This document shows, one piece after another, positions 13,059 to 23,248 of a stretch of 64,000 nucleotides of DNA. Position numbers and translations under genes: made by a program. The DNA is from Nageia nagi (Eukaryota; Plantae; Pinophyta). The stretch spans positions 187,612,001 to 187,676,000 of the forward strand of contig JBITNC010000001.1 in the NCBI GenBank assembly GCA_050084985.1, read 5' to 3'. Under the pieces are notes generated by a model. That model did no database searches. It had not been told where the DNA came from and saw only the letters and a list, made by a program, of their open reading frames with translations. How positions within the stretch are numbered: position 1 is the first letter of the stretch; each line of letters starts with the position of its first letter.

Positions 13059-13439
13059 CTTTAAAGGTTTCCAACCCACATCACAAGTTGTCGTGTGTTT
13101 CTTACATCATCATCACTTGTGTTCACCTTGGCATATCATATTTTCATCATTCATTCTTATTCATTCAAACATGTCTCACAAACAATCAATGATCATCCAA
13201 GTTTATGAATGAGGTTAAGGACCCTCCCAAGGCTTTCAACAACATAGCTATACCACTTGCCAAACATAACGTCTAGTTGAGTTAGCAACCTTCATGACCA
13301 TCCACATCAATTTAATCCAACCATGGTCGAATATTCACAAATGCACATGGTCTTGGCCCTTTATGACTTTTACCTCGCAATGTGAAGGCACCATGCATCC
13401 TATTGATGTCAACAATAGGCATCCCTATTGATGTCAACA

Positions 13440-15360
13440 ATATATCAAAATGTTATCAAGTTTATGACACTTACAATCTAAAGCAATTTTACAAGCAAAG
13501 CCCTTTGATTGTATGGCTTGTGGGCCTTTGTGTGATGTTAGAGTGAGGTACCTTTTATTACCAAACGCTACTAACCTAGATGATATTATGTGAAGTCTTC
13601 CAAAAAGTTTCATCAAAAGTTATGTTTTGTGACAAGGAGGGCCTCATCTATAGTAGAAAAAGTGGATTCTATCCATTTCCTAGCAATCAAACATCCTCTT
13701 TAATGCTACCTTTTTGGAATGAAGGTTATGCGAACTAAGAAAGTTGATGGCAAATTGTTTAACACCAAATCAAATGATCTCCCTCCCATTCATATGCTAC
13801 CTCATCCAGTTGATAAACCAAGAATGATTTTATAATTTTCTAGCATTGTCACTACTTCTTTGACCCAACTTATTTTTTCCATATTCTTCAATACAAGTTC
13901 AATGCAATGGGTTGCATAAGAAGTCCAAAAAATGGCAAGAAGCCTACCTTCAAGAAGTTTACCTATTGTTGCATTGTCGATGGCAACTTGGACCACATTT
14001 TGTGGCCCAATCTCCAATGTTGCCTCCTTAAGCAAAATGAACAATGTTCTTCCCATTTTTATTTTAGCTAATGCATCTACTAATTTTAGAAATTCTAGGC
14101 CCCTTGCTAAAGCAACCAAAAAATTAATGAGTGTTTGACCTTTTTTATCCATCCACCAATCATACATAATTGTGCAATCCTTCCTTACCCATATGTTTTT
14201 TTCCTCAATAAGATGCACATCCTCCACGCATTGGATAAGAAAAGGTCTTCTATAGTCATCAGATGTTGGGGGTTTGAACCTCGCACCACAAACTATTAAG
14301 GCATTCACCATAGCATCATAGTATGGTGAGTTTGCAATATTAAATGGAATGTTGCAAAAATTCCAAAAATTAGCCATCATTTTCCTTGCCTCTATATGCA
14401 TTTCCTTGTTGCAACCAATCGCCTCAAGGGATTGTTGGCCACCTAGAATGCTACAAGGAACAAAAAATGGACTAACAACAGATTGTAAGTGTGAGCTAAA
14501 TTCAATTCGAAAAGCATGATGAGACTTAGGCCCAATGTTATTATGAATGGTACCATGTACATAAAGTGCATTGGCGAAAGTACTACCCTTTTTTGCCTTT
14601 GATTTCTGCTTTGCTCCTTGAAAAAACTATTAAGGTATTTTACTCTCACACTACATTTGGTTGCACACTAAGGCATATCTTTGTATCCTTTGCCTAAAAT
14701 GCAAGTGAGATGGTATTTTACTCTGCTGATCCCACCACGTATGACCTTGCCACAATAGTTGCATTTGAGTTGCCCACCCAACTCCTTGCAATGTTTCCAT
14801 CGAAGGTCTCTTTGTATGCTCATTTTCTCTGTCTAAACTGGAAATTGCAACAAAACATAGCCCTAAAAAAAAAATGCAGATGTAAAAAAACACAGCTAAA
14901 AAGAAAAACACAGCCTTGCAAAAAGAAAAATGGAGCCCGAACAAAGAAAAACACATCCACAAAACAAAAAACTCACCTTTATCAAAACCTACACAAAGAA
15001 AGAAATGCTGCCTTAGAATCGTGGAAGTGAAAATGACAAAATGCAATTCTAAATCTCTCTTCTGCTCTGATTTGAAAGTCCTAAATCTTTCCTCTGCTCT
15101 GAGTTTTAAGCGCAAGGAAAAAAACAAAGAAAAAGTAAATTTATCTTGACCTATTTATTCCCACGCTGGCCGAATATTCACTGGGGAATGAGCGAGTTGC
15201 CGATTATCCTACCAGCCGAATAATCAGCAACTTTTTGGCAAAAATTGCATATTCCCAATATGAGATTTTTACAAAATAATGGCACAATTCGTCATTTGGG
15301 ATTGATTCGGAAAATAATCAACAAATAGATTGATTTGGCCTAATCATTTTCTCGAAACTG
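13440..15360 (-). mobile_element. hAT transposon relic (BED finger plus DUF659-type transposase), 3'-truncated
   Basis: ORF 13802-14401: NIPFNIANSPYY..FKPPT..CTIMYDWW..LINFLV..FLKLVDA..GPQNVVQVAIDNA..FWTSYATHCIELVL. Upstream BED-like WKHCK..KCNYCGK..GGISRVKYHL (~14700-14800). Terminus CAGTTTCGAGA at 15360 with GCCGA(A/T)T subterminal repeats. Confidence 0.88.
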
Positions 15361-16339
15361 AATCAATCTTCCTCAATTACAAATTAACAAGATGGCTTCA
15401 CTGAATTTCATAACTAGGCGCTATATCTTTTCGGAACTACATGTTTTAGGGAAATTCTTGTCTCCCATTCTATTTTTGTTTCACAGTGACTAAGGTCAAC
15501 CACCTCTATGGTTTAAACCGTCAAGAGAGGACTACTTTTGTCCCCACTGACATAGAAAAAGAAACATACATGGATTAAGCATTAAGTATTTAATTTGTTC
15601 AAACATCTCCTAAGGCCTCTTACCTGAGAAGACAGACCTCAACAACATTTGTTACATACCTGGACCACACATGCATATACTCTTTTATGTTATTCCTAGG
15701 CAGCACTTGCAAAGATCTCACATGCTCCTACACCATGTCACTCTTTCATGCTGAATTATATCAAGAGAGCTATTTAGATACAGATGTTATTAAAGAAGTT
15801 GAGTGCATATTAAATCAATAACCAGGCATATAGTAAACAAATCCTTTTGTCCTCTCATTTTCAGAATATGTAAAGATTTATGAAAATGGTGCAATGAAGT
15901 GCCTATCAGAACTTTAAGAGTTTATAGCTTTTTTCAGAACAACATCAACGAGAATGTAAAGAATTTGCTTCCTGATGTTGCCTTTAAGCCTCAATGACAG
16001 TTTTATGAACAATATGTAACTGAAATCTGCTTAACAATCTCTAAATCATACTTTTATGATCATTGATCACTATTCTTGGCAATGAATAGCCAATCAAAGA
16101 AAAGGTAAAAAGATATGAACACACTCCAAATCCAAATATGCCCCTATTCTATTAAAATGTTTGGATGCAATGAAAATGCAACTAGTGGAAATGAGGTCCT
16201 TTGCTAATCACAACAAAGGCACCTCAAAGAATTGTGTTATGTAATAAAATGAAAGCAGATGAAGTTTCACATGGCTCTCAAGGGGTGTAGCATGTTGAAG
16301 CACCTCAAATTTGAAGCTATTCGTTATACATTTAGCAGT

Positions 16340-16960
16340 TGGCCTTGTGCCAATCCATAAAGAAGAGAAAACATTAAAATCCACCATTTTGGCAGATAAT
16401 AACATCTACAAGAGAGGTAAAAGCTGGAGATTATTCTCATCTATGCAACCAATGAACATGGGTAAAAAATCCTGAAATTTGACATAGACCGAACAAAAGC
16501 TTGTTATTATATCTGACCTTCACCCCAAGAGGCAAAGTCACCAATATTTACACAAATTTTACTTAGTTGAAATGGTAAAAGTACAACAAAGCAATTCAAG
16601 AAGGGAGTGCTGTTATGACCCAATTCTTCCATCATATTGCTTGAGGTTGAAATGGCTATCTGTACCAAAGGTCCTAACTTGGTCATAAATTTAAACAAGA
16701 ATGGCGCTATAGTTAAACTCATAAGTCAAACAACAATTTCAGACTCCATTGTGGGACCACATAAAATTATATACAGAAGATAGGATCTTCAGTATGCATA
16801 TTAAAGTCCTAAAGTTTGGCCTTAGACACATCAAAAGTAGAAGAAATAAGGTGAAAGCCACTTGAACCTTCAGATTCACAAGCTTACAACTCAATACCAA
16901 CATTGAATAAAATATAATGTAGGCCACCATGAAGAGAAATCCAGCAGTGAATTGAAGCAG
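16340..16960 (+). mobile_element. Highly decayed LINE RT fragment
   Basis: DIDRTKACYYI (~KLDMxKAYD) and NGKSTTKQFKKGV..PNSSII (~NGxxxxxFxxxRGxRQGDPxSP). Confidence 0.4.
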
Positions 16961-18217
16961 TGTAAAATGATCCTTAAATTGACTAAGTCTCGTAAGTTAC
17001 TAATTATGTGGACACCCCTCCCTAACTAGGCGCACTTCATCAAGGCAATGCTTTGAACATGGACATCTGGAGTGACATGCTTTACCCAAGAAGTTAATGA
17101 ACTCAAAGCAGGACGAAGGGAGATGGCAAAGCAATTGTAAGAAAAAGGCACTGGGAAGGAAACTACCAAGAACAACAAGTGAAAACTTGCCCTTTGAAAA
17201 AGCCAAGGGAATAGAGGTGACGTACCAAAGCAAACCCCTTCCAGCTTGGAGCATGATAACTCCAAGTACTAGAAAATTCCAAAAATATTGCACTAGCTGG
17301 TAGCAAAAAGAAATAGCCCCAGTCTCAAGGACAGAAACGTAGTACACATGAAGAGGATTGACTAACAGAAAAAGGTCAAAATTTTTGTTTACACCTAAAT
17401 TTGATTTTTATTTAATTAAAAATCATACTTTAAGTAGTAAAATTATTGAATTCTTTATTTTGCTATATTTGTGGAATAAAATGCAATTTCATTCCTTTCT
17501 ATTCTTTTGCTGACAAGTCCAAGGAGCACTAGCCAAGAAAGTGTCTTGGCCAACAGTGGAAACTCTCATCTAGTAAGGGAAAAAAGGAGTGGCATTGATC
17601 ATATTTGGACCTTGATGGATTATACTAAATTCTATGCTCGATGTCTCTTGACACCACCTATCAAATTTGGATTTGCATCCTAATTGATTTCTACATTCCT
17701 TAATCACAATATCATAGTTAGGTCTTATAACCTTGGTAGGCAACCTTGACAACTAACACAAATTTGAAGCATCTAAGGGTGGATAGCCGTATGCCAACAC
17801 ACTATTGTATCTCGACGCTCTACAGTACGCCGATGCATTGCACCTGGCAAGAAAGGATGTTCGAATTTGGGAAATAAGTTGTCCAAATCCTATGGAGGCC
17901 AGATTTGAGCTGTGATCGACATGATACAAGTAAACAACATATTTGTAGTCATTTGTATTCAGATTTGATATGTCAAGAGTATTGAAGTAACCAGATCTCT
18001 TTTGTATTACAATTTTCATTTATTGTATTTTAATTAGCATTTATCATTTATAAATTGATATTAAATTATTTGAATAAAATTAATTTTTTGTATCAACAAC
18101 TTCAAGTCCACCATCACTATGTGGCCTGCTTCCCTGAAACTCATTCAAGAAATTTGAAATTTTCTGAATTTTTAGCCTGCACAATTATATTCAGGCAGGC
18201 AAAATAATCATATGTAG

Positions 18218-18522
18218 CATAGTAGTCAGAGTCGGACTCTGACCCAGTCTCAGAAACCCTTTCAATTGGCCAAAACTTGGTCTAAGCAAAAAAATTGGCA
18301 AATAAAAACTCGAGGAATAAAAAGTATTAAAAATAGAGCTTTTTTGACAAAAACTTGGAAGTTAAGAAAAAGTCTGGGCTGAGAGTTGTGACTTAACAAA
18401 AGACTCCTGGCAGAAAACCTAGTAAATTCTAAGAACTTGTGATTCAAATGCAAGTTACTTCCAATGTTCGACTCCAAAACCTCAATCACAGATTTTGCAA
18501 ATATTCACCAAGTTTGACTATG
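18218..18522. mobile_element. Small hAT-like MITE in SP1 intron 2
   Basis: Ends CATAGTAGTCAGAGTCGG ... CCAAGTTTGACTATG (imperfect TIR), internal AAACT(C/T)G repeats, flanks ATATGTAG/ATATTAG resembling a decayed 8-bp TSD. Confidence 0.5.
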
Positions 18523-18861
18523 ATATTAGTTTATGTATCAATGCCAATCCTATGTCTCATAGAGTACTAGAAGAGCAATCCTCTGATTTTAACTCTATGA
18601 ACAGCTAATAATTTTTCCAAAGAAATATTTATTTCTTGCAAATATTAGCATAGATTTGTCAAATAATTAATTTATCAGTCAAATATTGCACAACGACCCA
18701 GTGGCCAGAAAGGCAATCCACAGTATTTCCAACAAAATTAGGGCGACCCAAATCTCATCCATTCATATAAAACCCAGATTCCAAAACTTCTCTTCCTATT
18801 ACAGAGAAAGTTAATAGAATACATTAATATCCTTCAATTGAAAATAAATATTACACTATAC

Positions 18862-18914
18862 CCAGATCTTTGATTTGGCTCACTCGTTTCACAGACTTGA
18901 GCGAATCGGCATCC
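18862..18914 (-). CDS. SP1: SP1/SPL1-family E3 ligase, exon 2
   Basis: CAG|G GAT GCC...CTG G|GTATAG encodes (W)DADSLKSVKRVSQIKDL, cf. SP1 DAEVLETVTRVNQLKEL. Intron 1 is 93 bp and phases fit exons 1 and 3. Confidence 0.9.
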
Positions 18915-19007
18915 CTGGTCATTTCAATCCAATTTCAGAAATTATCGTTTTTACTTATCTTACACCAACAATGAGAAATAAAAGAGGTAATAATAGAAGC
19001 TGCTTAC

Positions 19008-19081
19008 CATCCCTTTGTGAGGCCTAGATAATACAGGGCAGCACCGCCCAGGCATAATCCCACTCCCCCCAATGGAAGCAT
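19008..19081 (-). CDS. SP1: SP1/SPL1-family E3 ubiquitin ligase, exon 1 (N-terminal TM segment)
   Basis: Minus strand reads ATG...MLPLGGVGLCLGGAALYYLGLTKG(W), then donor GTAAGC. It matches my recollection of the Arabidopsis SP1 N-terminus (MIPWGGVTCCLSAAALYLLGRSSGR). Ends in phase 2. Confidence 0.9.
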
Positions 19082-19296
19082 TTTCCACCAATACGCATAG
19101 ATTTTACAGTAATAGTGATGATGCAACAAGTTTCCGTGACTAACAAGGATTTAAGAATTATGATAATGAGCGAGTACGAGAAGTATAGAATAGAATCGCA
19201 AACAGGAGAGGAGAGGAGGAGAGAAGCGAAGAATAAGGAAGGCGTATATTGTTTGTGTAGACACATACAATATAAGGTGTATATTATAGAGACATC
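19082..19296 (-). promoter_or_regulatory. Probable SP1 5' UTR / core promoter
   Basis: Pyrimidine-rich CT tract on the minus strand (19200-19240), TATAATATA-like motif at ~19280-19288, and locally retained CpGs. Confidence 0.5.
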
Positions 19297-19432
19297 AAAG
19301 CTTTTGATATAATATGGTCATCTTGAGATTAAAGCTTTTGATATAATATGGTCATCTTGAGATTAAAGCTTTTGATATAATATGGTCATCTTGAGATTAA
19401 AGCTTTTGATATAATATGGTCATCTTGAGATT
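19297..19432. repeat. Perfect tandem repeat, 4 x 34 bp
   Basis: AAAGCTTTTGATATAATATGGTCATCTTGAGATT at 19297, 19331, 19365 and 19399, with no differences between copies. Confidence 0.98.
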
Positions 19433-19524
19433 ATTATGTAAATTTAATGAGTTTTGAAGTAAAACAATTAACCATGTAAAAAATTTAAGTAATATTGAAA
19501 GTTTAATATTGATTTATTAATTTC

Positions 19525-22500
19525 AGTTGTATAATTTGAATATCAATTTTTTTATAGTTGTAAGAGTTTAAAGTTTTTTTATTTGTGAAGAGTATTAATA
19601 ACAAGAATAGAAAATCAGTCATCACCTTGATATTTTAGTTACGTATTATTATCCACAATGCACTCTTGCAAGAATGTAGTAACATCATAATCTTGATCTA
19701 AAAATATGTTTAGTTCTTATGGTAGTAAAACATATTTCTTAAGTCATAAATTTTGTTTACTTACAATTATATTACATTATCTAAATGTGATTGCAACGTT
19801 TATCTCAACATCTTTTTAGTTAATTTTGATTACATTATTTAAATTAGGTTAATTAACATTATTATTTATTTATCCCTCTTCATTTTGAATCATTAATATG
19901 TAAAATATTTGCCACATATAAGTCTGATTGAGATAATGGTTTATAATTCCATGAAATAATTCTAAGTTATACTGAAGTGGCTATTCTTTTGCAAGCAGGA
20001 TGGGGGATCGACAAACATTTATCTTATGCAACAATAAGTTCAGAGTAAGCTTCGTGAAAAAATATTTCCTTCTAGATAATAGGAAGTGCCTATTTTCTAT
20101 GGTTTTATTGAATGTCAATATAAATCATACAATAAAAAGTGCTTAACATTTCTCCTTGGACACTAGCTTGGAGTTGGTGAAATCTTAGAATTTAGTCCAT
20201 GTGATGGTTTGCATTTTCTTTATTCTGTTTGAAGCCTTTGAAGTGTTTTGTTTACTTTCAATTAGTATTTCATTGTGAGCAATGAAATAATGGAATGCAC
20301 AAGCCCAAAAGTATAAAAAAACTTTTATTTAGTTATGGAATTTTCCCTCCCGACTTTGCAACTATAACAACAAAATCAAATGATACCACAAGAAGTTCTT
20401 GTAAAGGACTTGTATCAAATGGTGATAGATGTTGGAAAAAACTCAAATTCGATCATTTTGGTAGATATTATAAGGAATAAAAGTTTTTTATTTTTATGGT
20501 TAGGATTAGACCTACCTTATGAACATTATTTTATAAGTATTTGATGCAATTGATGACTTCTTTTGAGCAAGGCATACCATTCATTGAGAAGAAATGCAAA
20601 TGAATCACACTGTGAGATTCATTAAGGTAATTTTAAAAAACTCAACTTTGAATTTCAAATAATGATTCTCTTTTATTCAAGTAGACAAATATGGAGATTT
20701 TTTTCATATGAGCAAACTTGAGCATAATATTGAGTATATTTTTCCCTTAGGTAAGGATATGATTCAAGCTCTTTGCTTTAAAAATAAAATTTTATTTAAT
20801 ATTGTGGAATGGTCTAAGCCAAATAGGAATCATTGACCTAATTTTGTGCCTCTTTAGTCAAGATAAGTGATCCAACATGTGTATAAGAGTAGGTATATTG
20901 TTGGCTTCTCACATGTACAAGGGTGAGAAAGTTAATGAACAAACCCTTATACATCATGTTCTAAATGATCAAAGGATCAATTCACATGTATAAGGGTGAA
21001 TTGTTTAACCCTATGACCCTTTCATATTTAGATGATCAAGTGATGATTATACTAAAATATTCTCGGGCAACTTGAAATAGTTTAGTATGACTAATGATTA
21101 TCATGTTAAAAAAAGGACATCAAAATGATAAGTTAATGTGATACCTAATAAGATATTTTGTATGAAATTGTGATATATTTAAGCAATTTGGTAAAAAAAA
21201 ATTGAATAATCAAAAGCATTTTATGATTAAGAGTTGAACACATGGGACTGTGTTATTCCTAAGGGGAGGAATTTATAACAACCCCAACTTTGAAGCACCT
21301 ATTTGGTCAATTTTGATACCCTAATTTGTATTAATTGAGTTATATAGATTTTAATATTATGTTTAAATGTTATGATGAGATTGATGATGGCTTAAAGTAT
21401 ATTTATGAATAGCAAGTGCTTTATGAACGGAGGATGAGTTGGAACAATCATCGATGACAATAACCATGGGGAGAAAATGGTAATTCATGGGATTTGCATC
21501 TTTTTTTTAATAATTTGTTGACTACATTGAGAATCTAACAATATCAACTAATGAATGTTTTACATCAAAGACTTCAAACAGCATAAAGAAAATGTAAACC
21601 ATCACTTGGATTGAATTCTTACATTTCACCAACTCCAAGCTAGCATCCAAGAATAAAGGCTAAGCACTTTTAATTATATGATTCGTACTAGCATTCAATA
21701 AAACCACAGAAAATAAATACTTCTTGTTGTCTAGTAGGAAATATCTTTTTTTCATAGCTCATGTTAAGATCCAAGGTGTGTGGATTCACTAATAGGTTGA
21801 CCTTTTGGTGTAACGGTTCATAACATTTGGTATCAGAGCAGGCCATACGTCCCAAGTTCGAATCCCCGGAAAGGGCTACTGTGGAAAGGGCTACCTAGAG
21901 AAGACTAGAGTGAGAGCCGCCACAAGTGAGAGCCGTCGAGGACGTCGGATGCGGAGCGTGGTGGAATGTTAAGATCCAGGGTGTGGGATTCACTAATAGG
22001 TTGACCTTTTGGTGTAACGGTTCATAACAGCTCACTTTGAACTTACTATCGCATGAGATAAATGTTTGTCGATCCCCCATCCTGTTACAAAAGAATAGTT
22101 GCTTTAGTATAATTCAGTTTTGCTTTATGTAATTATAAACCATTGTCTCAACCAAACTTATATGTAGAAAATATTTTATATATTAATGATTTAGAATGAA
22201 GAGGGATAAATAAATAGTTGTGTTAATTAACCTAATTTAAACAATGCAATCAGAATTAACTAAAATAATGGTGAAATAAGCATTACAATCACATTTAAAT
22301 AATGTAATATAATTGTAAGTAAACAAAATTCTTGACACAAGAAATATGTTTTATACCATGGAAACTAAACATGGTTTTAGATCAAGCTTATGATGTTACT
22401 AGGTTCTTGTAAGAGTACATTCAGGATAATAATGTGTAACTACAATATTTAAGTGACCATTTTTCTATTCTTATTGTCTATGCTCTTGAAAAATCAAGGG

Positions 22501-22552
22501 CCTCAAACTCTTGTGACTATAAAAAAAATGAGCATGCTCAAATTTCTTAACT
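19525..22552. repeat. Long inverted repeat: arms ~19525-20310 and ~21487-22552 (right arm interrupted by TRIM), ~1.2-kb spacer
   Basis: Examples: CAGGATGGGGGATCGACAAACATTTATCT (~19996) vs AGATAAATGTTTGTCGATCCCCCATCCTG (~22056), and TTTTGTTTACTTACAATTATATTACATTAT vs its reverse complement near 22300. Roughly 80% identity by eye. Confidence 0.92.
21762..22029 (+). mobile_element. Miniature LTR retrotransposon (TRIM/SMART-like), 268 bp
   Basis: LTRs 21762-21825 and 21967-22029 (TG..CA; 1 substitution plus 1 indel), PBS TGGTATCAGAGC at 21828-21839 (tRNA-iMet), perfect TSD GCTCA. The empty site is visible in the other IR arm (20046-20050). Confidence 0.95.
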
Positions 22553-23248
22553 TGTGTTTTTCAAACCTAGTCGATATTTTAGATGGGCCTATTCTTTAGA
22601 ATAAAGAAAATTTGATTATTTGAATCATGATTAAATTGGGTTTCGATCTTTTGCATTTGGTGCATTTTGAAAATAATGATGTTGCACATCAAAATCAAAC
22701 TTGTGTTTATCTCCATATGCTATTATGAGACAGGTATGCAATGATCTCTAATTCATCTCCATATGTCATTTTGAAGCAGGTACGTGATAAGAAGTTTATT
22801 TTGTATATACAATTGATTTTATTATTCTACTCTTTGTCTTGACAGAGGGGTTACATGATGATCTTATGCAAAATTTCATACTATGTATTTAGTCATGTTC
22901 AATTTTTTCAAATTTGAATTATTAGTAAGGCTTGGATTTTCTAAAGCATATCTTGTTGTCGAAGTAACAAGTAAGAAAGTCATTCATTTCATTTGACCTT
23001 TTTCTTTTTTAATTTGATTTTTTTTTAATTAACACTGATATTTTAGTAAAGTCATCAATAACTCCATAAATCGTTACCATTTTTAATTTGAACATCAACA
23101 TTCGATTATGAGGGCATATAAAAAATAAAAAATCACTTGTCTTTTTCAATTTGTCTTTTCCTTCAGCTATTAAATACCCTTTGACCCGTTGTGCACTTTC
23201 TATTGTTTAACCATTACATTAGCTTTGTGTCACTTTTTACGGATCAAG

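Noticed and set aside
19297-19432. CRISPR-like array (34-bp repeats)
   Set aside because: Units are head-to-tail with no spacers, the context is eukaryotic, and there are no cas genes.
21799-21877. Functional tRNA gene
   Set aside because: No canonical anticodon stem-loop, the T-stem is mismatched, and it lies within a TSD-flanked retroelement.
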